Assembly (NCBI GenBank): GCA_964016885.1
Contig: OZ024740.1
Location: 322,028,001-322,092,000, forward strand
DNA: 64,000 nt
Direction: 5' to 3'
From: Eledone cirrhosa
Lineage: Eukaryota
Part shown: positions 40,622 through 56,081 of the stretch, in pieces
Position numbering within the stretch: position 1 is the first letter of the stretch
How the letters are laid out: each line of letters begins with the position of its first letter
Notes under the pieces: model-generated
What the model was told of the DNA's origin: nothing
The model's input: only the letters and a program-made list of their open reading frames with translations
Database searches by the model: none
Position numbers and translations under genes: made by a program

Positions 40622-40791
40622 TCTATATATATATATATATATATAAATATCTATATATATATATATATATATAAATATCTATATATATATATATATATAT
40701 AAATATCTATATATATATATATATATATAAATATCTATATATATATATATATATATATAAATATCTATATATATATATATATATATAAATA

Positions 40792-40833
<42 letters not shown>

Positions 40834-41044
40834 TCTATATATATATATAAATATCTATATATATATATAAATATCTATATATATATATATAAATATCTAT
40901 ATATATATATAAATATCTATATCTATATATATATATAAATATCTATATATATATATATATATAAATATCTATATATATATATATATATAAATATCTATAT
41001 ATATATATATATATATAAATATCTATATATATATATAAATATCT

Positions 41045-41089
<45 letters not shown>

Positions 41090-41205
41090 TCTATATATAT
41101 ATATAAATATCTATATATATATATATAAATATCTATATATATATATAAATATCTATATCTATATATATATATAAATATCTATATATATAAATATATAAAT
41201 ATATA

Positions 41206-41562
41206 TGTAGCGGCGATGAATTAGTTTTGCGAGGTTTTTTATATGAAATCATGTGTCGAAACAGATATTGTTATACTTGGGGCATACAACACAACAGGAG
41301 GAACAATGAATATAACACCACTGACGATGTTGCGGATGTGCAACGAAAGATTTATGTAAACTATATATATATATATGTGTTTGTGTCTATATTGTATCTG
41401 TATTATTTTTGACCGCCGGTCAGTCAATGGCAACATTGAGGACCGAGTAAGTTATATCGCAGATATAATAAAAGACAGCGAGAAGCGAAAACCAACCAAA
41501 CAATGAGTGTGTTCTGTTATTAATTCTGGCAATATTACGCAAATATGACCCTCCCCAAGTAT

Positions 41563-41568
<6 letters not shown>
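41206..41568 (+). mobile_element. Penelope pLTR-like island in (TA)n
   Basis: Contains a hammerhead. It ends ATGACCCTCCCCAAGTATAACAATA, the inverse of the terminus at 37708-37732, and has a further internal inverted copy TATTGTTATACTTGGGG at about 41266. Confidence 0.7.
41319..41356 (+). ncRNA. Minimal type I hammerhead ribozyme (weak stem I)
   Basis: CA-CTGACGA-T-GTTGC(GGATGT)GCAAC-GAAA-GATT-TA-TG. Confidence 0.7.
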
Positions 41569-41605
<37 letters not shown>

Positions 41606-41610
41606 AATAT

Positions 41611-41709
<99 letters not shown>

Positions 41710-41768
41710 AATATATATTTATATATATATATATATATTTATAAATATATATATATATATATATAAAT

Positions 41769-41803
<35 letters not shown>

Positions 41804-41942
41804 AATATATATTTATATATATATATATATATTTATATATATAAATATATATAAATATATATATATATAAATATATATTTATATATATATATATATTTAT
41901 ATATATAAATATATATAAATATATATAAATATATATAAATAT

Positions 41943-42357
<415 letters not shown>

Positions 42358-42358
42358 A

Positions 42359-42920
<562 letters not shown>

Positions 42921-43159
42921 CACATATATATATATATATACACACACACACATACATGCTGTAAGTGGTTGGCATTCGGAAGGGCATCCAGCTGTAGAAA
43001 ACGATGCCAGAAAGAAATGTATAAACAAAGTGTGAACAACTGACCAGTTTAATTACAGAAAATGACAACCTGTTCTGTTGCAAGCATGGAAAACATAAAA
43101 AAAGTTAATGATGATAATGATATCGTCATCATCACCTATTTTCTCTGTTTGCAATATCA

Positions 43160-43497
43160 TCATCATCATTTCATTTTACATCCGCTTTTCCCTGCTTGCA
43201 AGGGTGGGACGGGAACTGATTCTGGTTTGATTTCTATAGCTGGATGCCCTTCCTAACACCAGCCTCATTTACAGTGAGTGCTGGGTGCTTTTTTGCCATG
43301 GCACCTCCACGACCAGTTTGCAGTGGAATGATATGGACCCCAGTCCCTATCATCTCATTTCTACAGCTGAGTAAACTGGAGCAATGTGAAATAAAGTATC
43401 TTGCTCAAGGAAACAACACATCACCCGGTCTGAAAATTGAACTCACAACTTTTCGATTGCAAGGCCAATGCTCTAACCAGTAAGCCATGTGCCTCCA
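43160..43497 (-). mobile_element. Full-length tRNA-derived SINE with RTE-shared tail
   Basis: Head GGAGGCACATGGCTTACTGGTTAGAGCA…GTGAGTTCAATT, core CCTTGAGCAAGATACTTTATTTCAC, tail GTTAGGAAGGGCATCCAGCT…(GAT)n. Confidence 0.8.
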
Positions 43498-43724
43498 TTA
43501 TATATATATATAGTAATAATAATAAATTTGAAGACTAAAATCCAAAGAGGGCTCGATAAGGATAAATATATATCAAATATATAAGAACCGTAGGGCAAAT
43601 ATTTCTTAAAATATATATATACATATTTATAGTACTTGACACTAATTAATATATATATTTGTGTGTTTCCATCCAGTTCTTGCTAGCATGGAAATCACAT
43701 GATAAATGATGATTATATATATAT

Positions 43725-45245
43725 ATCATCATCATTTAACGTCTCTCTTCCACGCTAGCATGGGTTTAGATGGGAATTGTACCACTTGAGGCAAGATTGG
43801 TCTGGCAGGTTTTCTACGGCTGGATGTCCTTCCTAGCACCAACCACATTTACAGTGTGGACTGGGAGGTTTTTTTTGTCATGACACCTACACAATCTCAT
43901 TTATTTTGGACTGGATGTTGTGGTACCAACATAACTTTACAGAGAAATGGTGGTGTTGGTGGGAGTGGGGGGATGGAGTAGGGGTAGTGGGACGGGGTGT
44001 ATATTTGGTTAAGATGTGCCTACTGACTGTAGGTTTCGCTTTATACATAGGCAAGGTGGGTCTTCTGTATTACTGTGTGGCACCAAAGATCTCGGTCCAG
44101 TGACATAGTCTTAGAGTGGTGTAAATGTGTAAGGTCGGAATTTATCAAATCATCCCAGAATTTTCTGGGTTTACCTACTCCGTAACTGCCATCAATTTTG
44201 ATTGCCCTGCACTTTTTTATACAGCTGTCGTCTTTAATGTGCATCACATGACCATACCAACATAGTCTTCTCTCAAGTAAACAGCATCTTATCCCTCTTA
44301 TTCCTAATTTCTCACTTAGTTCATTTATGTTTTGCCGTTCGCGTATATTACTATTACACATCCAACGGAGCATGCATGTTTCATTCCTCTCCAGTCTGCA
44401 CAGGTCCTCTGCACACAATGCCCATGTCTCACTGCCATGTAACATTGCTGTTCGTATGCAGGCATCATACAATCTGCCTTTCATTTTTAGAGAGAAACCT
44501 TTAGTGGCCAATAGTGGTATGAGCTCTCTGAACTTTTTCCATCCCGTTCTGACTCTGGCTACTGTACTTTAAGCACCCTCCACCACTGCTGATTTTGTCA
44601 CCCAGGTAATGGAAAGTGTCCACTATTTCTATAGAACCATCTGGGCAATAGGAGCTACTGTCCTGTGGGCACTTGCTACATATTGCACCTGAGATCGGCC
44701 ACATATAAAATATACGTTCTTAGATAGCTTACCTGTGATCCAACTACATCTTTTATGTACCCATAGTTTCCATTTGGGACTTAAATGGAATTTCTGCCTA
44801 CTCCTTTCCTACACATTGAGCATGGCCATTTTCCAGAGAGCACCTGTACCCTATTTTCCTTTCTACATACTAGAACTTTAGTCTTAGACAAGTTAACTTT
44901 AAGGCCTTTTGATTCTAGGCCATGCTTTCATGTTTGGAATTTCTTCTCTAGTTCAGCCATCGATTCAGATATGAGAGTTAGATCATCTGTGTATAGAAGT
45001 TCCCATGGGCAGCCGGTCTTGAACTCCTCTGTTATAGCCTGAAGGGCAATAATAAATAGGAGGGGGCTAAGGACAGAGCCTTGATGAACACCAACTTTTA
45101 CACTAAATTCTTCACTATATTCATTGTTAATTCTAACATTGCTGACTGTTTCTTTATACATGGCTTGTATAGCTCTCACAAGCCATTCATCTACACCTAG
45201 TTTTCTAAGAGCCCACCAAATAATGGAGCGGGGGACTCTGTCAAA

Positions 45246-45246
<1 letters not shown>
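43725..45246 (-). mobile_element. Second, older 5'-truncated copy of the PHD-RTE LINE
   Basis: FDRVPRSIIWWALRKLGV…GVHQGSVLSPLLF…LLYTDDL…MLHGSETW. The 3' UTR and (GAT)n tail are at 43725-44040, and the copy is truncated at (TA)n. Confidence 0.92.
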
Positions 45247-45285
<39 letters not shown>

Positions 45286-46239
45286 AATACAGTAACTCAT
45301 GTAAGCTTGAAATTTCAGAAAACAACATAGAGACCTCATTAATCTCGTCAGGCACATGACAACCTACCTAGTGCTGATTCTATGGTAAAACACTCTCTGT
45401 ACACTCTATAAAGTGGTTAACATTAGAAAGGGTATCTTGCTGTAAATAACATGGTAATATATTACGATTTTCTGACCCATCCAAAGAGGCAAATTATTCC
45501 AAATTAGAACTGATTTTGACACATTACACTTTGTAAGGTGATTGGCATTAGTAAGGGCATCAAGCTATAGAAACCATGCCAAATATAGAACATTTGAACA
45601 AGACTGGTTGCTCCATCCTACCTGGTTTCAAACCTACCCAATCCATACGAACATAGGAAATAGCTGTAAAATGGTGATGATGATGATGTCGTGAGGAAAT
45701 AATGAAAATAGCTTTAATTGTGGGCCTGAAAAAATGTGTTTGTTTCTAGGTATTATATAGTATTTTGCTATCTCATAAATCTCAACTATTTCTATGTATG
45801 TCTACCTTTCTTTTCATTAAGAATGTTCCAGAAAAATGTGTTGATTTCTGATTGTTTTTATAGTATTGGGTATTTATATTAGCTTAAACAGAAACTAGGT
45901 TTTATTACATAATAATATCATTGACTAAAAAAAAATTGTTTTCGCCCACCGGAGTTAATCAAATAGACCAAAATCTAAATGTTTTGTTGACCTAAATCAA
46001 TTCAAGATAATTTGGTGAAATTCAATCCTGGCAGGGTCTTACCCCTAAAGGTTTAGGGTTCAAAATATTTGGTTTCTTATTCACTGTTTTTCAGGGTTTA
46101 TTTATTTATTATTTTCTATTTATTAATTTTGTTTTATTCCAAGGCTACAAACAGCTTGCAGTCCTGTTCAATATAATAGACTGTCAACACATTCCCTTTC
46201 TCTATTAACCTATTTTCTCTCCTGGCTATAACTGACTTG

Positions 46240-46930
46240 GGTGGTTGATTGATTTACTGTTAAAACACTGGGTAGATAGACTATCTTGTGGTATTTGTTG
46301 CAGCTCTTTGTGCTCTGAGTTCAAATCCCACTGAGGTCAACATTGCTGTTCATCCTTTCTAGGTTGATAAAGTACCAGTCCAGGGTGATTGTTTGGCAAA
46401 CTTGATAGAGCATTGGATAGAATTATCATCATCATTTTACATCCTTGTTCCATGTTGGCATGATGATGTAGTATATGTTGTCTCTCTCTGCACCGTTAGT
46501 TCAAATCCCACCAAGGTCAACTTTGTCTTTCATCCTTTTGGAGACCATTAAATATGGTACCAGTACCAGTTGATTAAGTAGCTAGCTCATTACAACATCA
46601 GATAGACTGTGTTGCACTATCTGTTCTGGTTCTTTGGCCCTATGTTCAAATACCACCAAGGTCAACTTTGTCTTTCATCCTTTTGGAGGTCATTAAATAT
46701 GGTACCAATCTCAGGTGGTTAAATAGCTGGCTCATCACAGCATCAGATAGACTGTGTTGCACTATCTGTTCTGGCTCTCTGAACCCCGAGTTCAAATACC
46801 ACCAAGGTCAATTTTGTCTTTCATCCTTTTGGTGGTCATTAAATAAAGTGTAAACTTAATTAGGTGTTGAATTGGGAGACTCCTTACAGCGTAAGACTAC
46901 TTCGTGATATTTGTTCTGGCTCTCTACTTA
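46240..46930 (+). mobile_element. Tandem run of MetaSINE-like fragments
   Basis: TTCAAAT.CCAC..AGGTCAA…TTCATCCTTT is repeated four times at roughly 150-bp spacing. Confidence 0.7.
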
Positions 46931-48312
46931 GCAGTGGCCATAAAAGATCATGTGAGTGTTAGGAAATCATAAAGTGGTAGTACTGGTGGCATGATAAAAT
47001 ACACCCAGTACATGCTGCAAAGTTGTATTAAGAGTATCCAGCTGTAGAAATCGTGCCAAAATGGAATTTAAGAGAAAGAAGTGGTTCCGGTCCTTAAAAT
47101 ACGCTGCCTGGAGACATTTTACGTTCATAGTATCACAGCTCTGATACTACAGATATGTGGTCAGAATGATTCAGGAATGAATCATTGTACAGATTTTACA
47201 GGTATAGCCTAACTGCAGGAGACCCAGGAGTAGACCTTGAGCAAGATGGTTGGATAGCATCCATGAGCTCAGCTGGTCTCAGGGATCTAACTGGATCAAT
47301 TGAAAACAGTTGCTTCTAACAGGGTCCTCTGGAAGGTGTGATTGAGGACTCTGTGCCCTGTGACCCTTCCAGGGATGTATAGGCAAAGAAGGAGGAAGTG
47401 AAGGGAAGGAGATTGATTCTTAGTTGTCTGACAGCATAAAAACTAGGATAAGTTCCTCACATGATGTCACCAGATGGTGACATCAAGGGATAAAGAACAA
47501 GGATATAATGGTGGCTGAGGGAGGTGGGAAGAGAATTATTTTCTCCCCTTCCAGTAACTTTAGTCTGACTAATCTTTTGAAATTCTAAAATATCTTTATT
47601 TCTTCTTATGAACACGTTTTCCTCATGTGTTTAGAGAGAGGGGGGTTGTGTTTAGAGGAATGTATTTAGAGAAGAGGAGTGTGTGTGTGTGTGTATACAC
47701 ACACACACACACATATATATACATTTATATAAGAGGATGGTGGTGATGGGGAATGTTCTAGTTGTTGTTTTATTTATCACTATTATAATTATAAAGAGTC
47801 TTTCAGTTTAATTACAATAATTATTTTACATCTGCTAATTTGTGTGAGTGCGTGTATATAACTCTGTGTATGTGTCTATGTAATATTTCAGTATATATGT
47901 GTGTGACAAAAAAAAAAATATATATATATATGTAATCATCATTATTACCATTTAATGTCTATTTTCCATTTTTACATGGGTTAGACAGATTGTCCCATAC
48001 TGAGGTTAGACTTGTACATTCTGCTTTTGGTTGGGATTCTACTACTTCATGTCTTTCCTAATGCCAACCACTTTACAGTGTGTATGGGGAGCATTTATTG
48101 GACAGTATACCTGGAAGAAAACTAAAATATTTCGGACATTACTAGAAATTGGTCAAACATATGGAAAAAGAAAGCAGTATTGGAAAGGACAATAAATGCC
48201 ATAAGAGGAAAAGTAGGGAAAGAGCAATGACCACTAAGCAAAATAAGAGAGAACGGAGGAAGGGGAGAGGGTGGCAGACTCAACACAAAGATCAGAGGGG
48301 TGTTTCAACTGC

Positions 48313-48495
48313 ACCCCGCAGACAAAATGGGAAAGACATTTCTGCAGACAATGGCCAGTGGCACCTGCTGCAACAGCCACCCCACCTTATGGGGTTCTTT
48401 CCTCAGACGGGCTGCTTTTGTTCCAATTTTACGGAGGAGATCAGCTGTCTGGGGTCTGAGGATGCTTGAGGTCTCAATGGTGATCAGTGCAAAGA
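48313..48495 (-). mobile_element. CRE-like retrotransposon endonuclease C-terminal remnant
   Basis: Open frame FALITIETSSILRPQTADLLRKIGTKAARLRKEPHKVGWLLQQVPLAIVCRNVFPILSAG. Confidence 0.6.
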
Positions 48496-50744
48496 GGGAG
48501 ACTTTGGCACTATGACCTTACAGGGTGGACTGTGACTTTTGTCATGGCACCAATACTATGGCCTTACAGGGTTATGGTACCAGTACTGCCACTTTTTAGC
48601 ACTAGAGCACTCATTATGTCATCCTTGGCCAGTTATAAGAGTGGGTGGGGGAGATAAATGTTACTTGCTACAGGAGAGGGTGAGATGGTCTAGAAGAGTC
48701 AGACATCTGGCTACGCATCAGTTGGGCAGAGGTGCAGGTGTCTCTTCATGCTGGCATGGTTGGACATGGAAGGAAGAGGGCATCTATTGAGAGAGTGAGG
48801 GCTGGTTGTACATTTAGCTGGGTGGGGGAATGTCCATCTCTCTCTCTCTCTAGTTGGATGAGTGGGGGTTTCAGGGATGTAGGGAGAGGAGTAGCTGTTG
48901 GGTCACAGGAAGTCTTAGAGCCTGGCTATACCCTGTGGATATATGGCTACCTTTCCATGATGGCATGGGCTGGATGAGGAATGGGGAATCAGTGGTGTGA
49001 ATCGAATCGATGACTAAGTAGTGGTGGTAGGATAGATAGTGAAAAAGGGGGCATGAGGACCTAAATAAAGATTTTTTTTGCAGTATTTACCAAATTCATT
49101 CACAGCCTGAGGCTATAGTGTTGTGTAGTGAACTTCTTAACCACACAGCCTATTCAATTTGTATTAATGATGTTCCAAATATTTATTATATTGTCATTTA
49201 TTTATTATTAATCTAGTTAACCCTTTCACTATCATATTTCTAATGGTGTTTAGAACACATTTTAACAACAAGTCTTACATAAAATTATTATTGAAGGTAT
49301 TAAGATAAATATAAACACTTTAACCCTTTCATTTTAACCCTTTCAAGTCTTACATGAAATTATTATTGTTGAAAACCATACATATTGTTGAAACCCATAC
49401 ATATTATTGTTAAAAACCATACATAGAAATATGGCAATGAAAAGGTTAAAGTGTTTATGTTTATCTAAGTACCTTCAATAATAATTTTGAAAATAGAGAA
49501 TTTGGAAGGATTCAGTAATATAATCCACTTTCTGGTTCTTAAGCTGGCATTTGGATCATAACTTAGCATAGATTCTTAGATAAAATTATAATGGAAGATT
49601 TTAAAATGCATATAAACACTTTAAAATAAACAGTTTTGTATTGTAGAACCTGGGGTGGTTTCAGGGAGATTGGTATCAAGCAGGTTAAGATGCTGTGTAT
49701 ATCTGGTTTGAGGCGATTTAAAGGGTTGGTGCACAGAAAGGCATCTGGCTGAAAAAACATTGCTTCACAAAAAGACCTCATGATGAGTACAATGTCTGTC
49801 ATAGCACCCCAACTTTGTATCTACCTGTAAAGCTATCCCCTGCTAGCCTTGAAATGCTTGATGTGTTGTTATTGTTAATCTAGTTAAGATACAGCAATTT
49901 CTTAAGGATGTTCTTTCTCTAAAGCTCCACCACAGGTAGGAAGAGATCAAAGTAAATTATTGCTCTTAATAGTTTTAAATTCAATTTAAGAACAAAATAG
50001 GATTTAACCAAGAATTTCTGTCTGTTATATAGGTTTTAATGAGATTTCTAACTCGAGTACTTCAGGCTAAAATAGGATCACCACTGACTTCATATTAAAT
50101 TGGTTTCATTGAGAATTAGCTGGCCTATTAAACTAAGACTTTGCACTTTGAAATGATGGCTTAAGTAGGTTTCCATGGCAATGACTGGATGTCTGGTGTG
50201 TGTGTCTGTGTGTGTCTGGGGGAGGGGGGTTATGGGAGAAGACAAAGTAAAGTTAATCTGTATGTTAACTCTTAACAATCCTGTACTGTTTTAGCTGAAA
50301 ATGTCTAAAAACAGGTTAGTTAATTCAAATGTTTATAGTATTTTTGCTTGCTGACAGATCATTGAAAACTTTACAGTATTAGGGTAAATAGTTGAATATT
50401 TAATGTGATGCAGTCATAATGCCGCTTTGTATTTTCAAGAATGTCTTGCTAATGTGGTTTCATGTAATACTGGATATTAAGAGTTAAAATATTAAGTCAA
50501 GTGGTGAATTAGCAGAGTTTTTAGAATGCTTTGCAGTTCAAATCACTCAAGAGTCAACTTTGCTTTACATTCTTTTATACTTGATAAAATACCAGATAAA
50601 TACTAGGGTCAGTTCTTGCTCTATATATCTTTCTTACTTCCTCTCTCTTTTTCTCTAGAGGAAATCGGCCGTATTCCAACCTGGAAAGGGATGGGCTCTG
50701 CCAGATTTTAAATGCCCCAGACACACTATATATCATGTCGGTGC

Positions 50745-51445
50745 CCTTACAGTGAGTTGTGTGGTCTGGCTACAATATTGAACAGGCTGTGACTAACTTT
50801 ACTTTGAGTTGAGGGAAGTTTGGCTACAATATTCAACAGGCTACAGCTTTCATTTCATAGTTAAGGGAGGTCTGGCTACAATATTGAATAGGCTGTAGCT
50901 TTCATTTTATGGTTAAGGAAAGTATGGCTACTATTTGAACAGACTATAGCTCCTCTCTTTATGTGGGAGGTCTGGCTACAGTATGGAACAGGCTAATCCT
51001 CTCACTATAGAGTGAGTTGTAAGCATTCTAGCTACAATATTGAACAGACTGTGCCTTTCACTTAACTGTGAGTTGTGTATGGTGTGGCTACAATGTTGAA
51101 CAGACTCATTTTACAGTGGGTTGTATATGGTCTGGCCACAATTTTGAACATACTATAGCTCTTATTTTATAGGTGAGGGAAGTCTGGCTACAATATTGAA
51201 CAGACTGTAGCTCCTCTCATTATAGAGTGAGTTGTGTGGGAGTTCTTGCTACAATATTTAATATACTATAGCTCTCACTATAAAATGAGTATGTGGTCTG
51301 GCTACAATATTGAACAGACTGTGGCTCTCACTTTACTGCGAGTTCTGTATCATGTGACTACAATGTTGAGCAGCTATAGCTCTCACTTTACTGTAAGTTA
51401 ATGCAACTCTGGATACAATATTGAACAAGTACTATGTATAAGCTC
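50745..51445. repeat. Diverged about 55-bp minisatellite (GTCTGGCTACAATATTGAACAG core)
   Basis: About 12 recurrences of the core. Confidence 0.85.
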
Positions 51446-52029
51446 CTTCCTATGTCATCAATATTGTTGTTATTGTTGTTGTTTTTTCGAGGGAGGGGGC
51501 AGTCTTTATCTCTTTTGATGCCAGACTGTCTCAAATAGCCCCTGGTTTTTCAATATGAAACTGTTTGTTTTTAAGTGTTCCCTTTATAATTTTATGTAAG
51601 AACCTTTTATGGTCTAAACACCAGCTAATTAAGGAGGAAGTTATATGATTAAATCTCCCCAAATTCTCAATTATTCTAAAAGTTATTTGAAAATCACAGT
51701 GGACAGTCTTTCATTAGAAATACGATAATGAATGGGTTATATTTATATTTATCTAAAAACCTTCCATTATAAATTTTGCAGGAACCTTTGTTATATTCCT
51801 AACATCAACTTAATAATGTGAAAGTCAGTTATATTACTAAACGCCTCCAAATTCCTGATTATTTTCAAAATGATTTGAAAATCACAGACAGTGTCTTTCA
51901 TTAGAAATATGGCAACAAAAGGGTTAAATTTAATTTGGATATTTTTAGTATGAATTCATTTAGCTATGCTAAACTGTTTACCACTCTGAGGGAATGTTTC
52001 TGTTATTTTCATTAGAATTACAGATGCAT

Positions 52030-52214
52030 ACATCATCACCATCATCACCACCACCATCATCGTCATCATCACCATCACTACTATCACTATCATCATCACC
52101 ACCACCATCACTATCATCACTATCATTATCACCATCATCACCACCACCATCACTACTATCACTATCATCATCACCACCACCATCACTATCATCACCACCA
52201 CCATCACCATCACC

Positions 52215-52248
<34 letters not shown>

Positions 52249-52275
52249 CCAGCAGCAGCAGCAGCTGCCGCCGCC
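52030..52275. repeat. (CAT/CAC)n tract followed by (CAG)(GCC) runs
   Basis: Directly visible. Confidence 0.85.
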
Positions 52276-52744
52276 GTCTGTATTTTCATGTTGACATGGA
52301 CTGGAGTGGTTGTTATGATACAAGACAATTCATATTTCAAATTACTGTCCTCCTAGATAATTTGGGAGGAAACCATGTCTGCTTCTTATGTTCCATTCTT
52401 TGGCATTTATTTTCGAAATAAAACCAGAGTATGCAGTAGTAGTATGTTTTGTAGATTTTATAAACAAATGTTATTTTAAAACACATCCTTTGTAACTGAT
52501 TCATCATGTGCTCTTGGTTTTGTTAGAGAAAAAAAATGAAAAAACATTTTTTATCCAGCTTAAGTGTTTTTTGTTTTTTTTAGTAGGAAAAAATCAACTT
52601 TTATAATCCACTTCACCAATGTGAAGATAAGCTGAAATAAGTCTTATATAAAACATTTTTTCATATAATGTGCTACAACATATTAATTTTACTACAACAA
52701 TCACTGCTCATCAGAAATTGCTACTAAACCACTCTGACTTACTT

Positions 52745-53225
52745 GTCTCTCCTCCTCTCATCACCCATGTTATGTTTAACCCACCAGGCTCCACACTAAG
52801 TACTACATCCAGTCCTTCCTACCCAGAACATTGGTCCTCTGAAATTCACTCCAGATTCTCTCATCTCTCCTCCTCTCATCACCCATGTTATGTTCAACCC
52901 ACCAGGCTCCACACTAACTACTACATCCAGTCCTTCCTACCCAGAACGTTGGTCCTCTGAAATTCACTCCAGATTCACTCATCTCTCTCCCTTTCATCAT
53001 CTATGTTGTGTTCAACCCTCCCGTCTTCCAGGCCTTGCACTAACCACACATTTGTCTCTCCTGCTGTCATCACTTATGTTGTATTTAACTCCTCCAGGCC
53101 CTACACTAACTATTATGCCCAGTCCTTCCTGCCTTGAACATCAATATTCTGAAACTCACTTCTATTTCCTCCACACATCACCCATGTTGTGTTCATCTCC
53201 ACCAAACCCTCTGAAACTCACTTCT
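52745..53225. repeat. About 120-bp tandem repeat, 3-4 diverging copies
   Basis: CATCACCCATGTTATGTT.AACCCACCAGGCTCCACACTAA recurs. Confidence 0.8.
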
Positions 53226-54142
53226 TGCTTCTGTCTTTCTCAAATGAGTGGACCTATAACAACTTAAGGGTAACAAATAGCATTGGTCTCTCTGGTGTCA
53301 GCAGGCCTGTGAAATATTATGGGCATTGCCTCTTTATTCAAACCTACCAAGTAAAAAAAAAAAAAGAAAAGAAAAAAAAAACATCTACTGTTGATTAGAA
53401 TGGTTAGAAAATTTTACTGGTTTTTAAAATGAAAAAGATTTTATTTTCTCTCTGCTTTAAGAAATGTAGGAAGGAGAAACAGTAAGTACAATATTTACAA
53501 GATTAATATCTCCCATTTTAACATCTGTTTTACCATAATCTTGCTATAATTTCAATAGTTTCAATTACTAAATACTGCTTTTCCTTGCAAACAGTGGTTG
53601 CAGAGAAAAAATACTATTTTTATCATAATTCTACGGCATATAAGCAGCTCTCATCATTTTGTATTCCAACACACTGCTGTTCTTTGTAATTGTATGGTGC
53701 TGTACTAGATAAACAGTGATTCCTGATTATCTCTCTCTCTCTTGTTCTCTTTCTCTCTCTCATTCTCTTTCTCTCTCTATCTGTTTCTTATTATGTCCAT
53801 AATACATTGTCCTCAAACCTATCTTAATGAACGCTCTCTAACTGACAGCTGTTTTGATTACAATGTGAAGGATTTTCGTTAAGTGTTTTAGAAAGTTAAT
53901 AGGCTTCAATTATCTTTCCTAATTATGGCAGAGTTACAGTAAGACTTTGGGCTATGTTTTAAGATAGTGTACTATGTTTTAACCATGCTACAGTTACAGT
54001 TATGTGGTGTACTATTTACTTTAAAACAGTTAGTTATTCATCTGTTGTAACTATGATAGTCTCAATTAAATAGTGGACTAGTTACAATAAAGTAATAGAC
54101 TATTTATCTGTTGTTATTCTCAATATGGAATATCATCTAAAT

Positions 54143-54317
54143 CAGTGGTTCCCAAAGTGGGTCCACGGGACCCAAGGATTCCGCAAGGGAGTCTCTGGGA
54201 TTCTGTGAAAAAAGCAGAGGCGTATTTATGTTATGACCAATATTAGACTTTGGGGTCCCCCCCAAAAGTTTCTGAACAAAAAAGGGTTCTGTATTTAAAA
54301 AAGTTTGGGAAACCCTG
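54143..54317. mobile_element. hAT (Charlie-like) MITE, 175 bp
   Basis: TIRs CAGTGGTTCCCAAA and TTTGGGAAACCCTG, with a perfect 8-bp TSD ATCTAAAT at 54135-54142 and 54318-54325. Confidence 0.9.
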
Positions 54318-54561
54318 ATCTAAATTATGGTAGATTATTAAGATGAATTATATGTCTGTTGTAAACTATGGTAGAATTTCAGTAAGATAGTAGATGGAGT
54401 GAATTTTATTGTCTCCAACTCTAGAGAGGTCATCATCCTCAACAAGACTAAATAGCCCTTTCTACTCTGATGTAATCTGGCACGGTAGTGAGATATGAGC
54501 AGTGAATAAAGAGGGTATGTGAAGGTTGAAGAGAAATGAAGCAAGCATGCTTTGTTGGATA

Positions 54562-55455
54562 TCACTCAGACTCAGAAGCTCCCGCATCTTGCGACGCATG
54601 AGGCAATCATAGTGTTCCACCGCGTTCGGTCAACAGCCAGTTGCACAGCATCCCGCCATTGTCTGTTTGTCGCTCGCAGGTCCCTCTCAACTGTCTGGCA
54701 CCAGTTCATTTTGGGTCGCCCTCTCCGTCTGCTTCCCTGTGGGTTCCATGTAAGTACTTGGTTCGCCAGTCTCTCCGGGGGAAGTCTCAAAGCGTGCCCA
54801 AACCAGCCCAGGCGTCGCTTGCAGATGGCAGAAGAGACTAGCTGCTGGTTGGTGCGGTTCCTGACTTCCTGGTTTGTTACATGGTCACTCCATTTAATCC
54901 CCAGGATCTTTCGCAGACACCTGGAATGTGTCCAACTTCTTCTCTTGGCTGGTCTTAAGGTGCCATGTTTCACTTCCGTACAAGAGTATGGACAGCACGT
55001 TGCTGTTGTAGAATCTCATCTTTGTTTTGAGGGTGAACTTCCTGCTCTTCCAGATCTTGACAGGCTGGTTAAATGCTGCTGAAGCCTTTCCCATTCTACA
55101 TTCCAATTCACTGTCCATGGTGCCCCATTGTCAATGGAGCTTCCTAGGTAGGTGAAGTTGTCCACTATCTCCACCTCCCCCTGTTCAATGAAAACACTAG
55201 TTGGTGATGGGTGTGTCCCAGATAACATGCTTTTGGTCTTCTTAGCACTGATATTGAGACCTAAGCTTCCTGCTTCGACATTGATATTGTTCATAATGAT
55301 TTGCAGGCCAGCTGTGCTCTCTGCAAGTGCAACAATATCGTCCGCAAAGTCCAGGTCAGACAACTTTTGCTCTCCCACCCAAGATATACCCTGGTCTTTA
55401 GACGCTCTTCTTAGTACCCAGTCAATGGCTCTGGCAAAGAGAATTGGAGAGAGTT
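54562..55455 (-). mobile_element. 5'-truncated RTE-1/BovB-like LINE
   Basis: LSPILF, DLDFADDIV, FTYLGS, LLYGSETW, RRLGWFGH, GSRRRGRPK; (CTGAGT)n tail; frameshifted. Confidence 0.92.
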
Positions 55456-55744
55456 GGATATGCAATGTTAATATGTAAATATGAATGACAAAGCATGGAT
55501 ACGCTGAGAGAAAAGCCTGAGTATAAAGGAATCAAATGCAGCGTGATGTGTATGGATGTTGATTGTTCAGTGAAGATGTGTCAAAACATTCCAGTTGAAG
55601 GAAGCTGCAATTTGCAAGATGTTTATTTGCTGTGGAGATTGTAGAATATAATGTAACTTTTTGCCCTGGCCTGCAAAATATAAAAGCATTCCTAATACAG
55701 TCAGCCCTCCAAAACTGTATGGTGGCCTCCAATATATATATATA

Positions 55745-55930
55745 AAAAAAACCTCCCAGTCCCACACTGTAAATGTGGTTGGTGTTAGGAAGGGCACCCA
55801 ACTGTAGAAAACCTGCCAGACAGTCCTATGCGAGCAAGACAATCACTCTTGCCTCAAGTGGGAATACCCCCGTCCAAACCCATGCAAGCGTGGAACACGG
55901 ACGTTAAACGTTGATGATGATGATGATGAT
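55745..55930 (+). mobile_element. Isolated young 3' UTR fragment of the PHD-RTE family
   Basis: Differs from 35121-35305 at about 3 positions by eye. Confidence 0.85.
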
Positions 55931-56081
55931 ATATAAATATATATATATATAATGTCCAATGAGCTTTTGATTCCAGAGTCAGGTTCGATCGATACAGATT
56001 GAATCTTGAGCTGATCAATCACGGAATGCACATCACACCTTCATAAATAAATGAAAATTTAACACCTCATTTATATATATA

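Noticed and set aside
50659-50751. Possible 93-bp exon (TTCTCTAG…GTGAGT)
   Set aside because: The donor-like site is part of the adjacent minisatellite unit, and no frame resembles a known protein.
52375-52465. Possible first exon after the CAG/GCC tract (ACCATG context)
   Set aside because: Donor sites in the main frame are not phase-compatible with the UBA exon and there is no homology.
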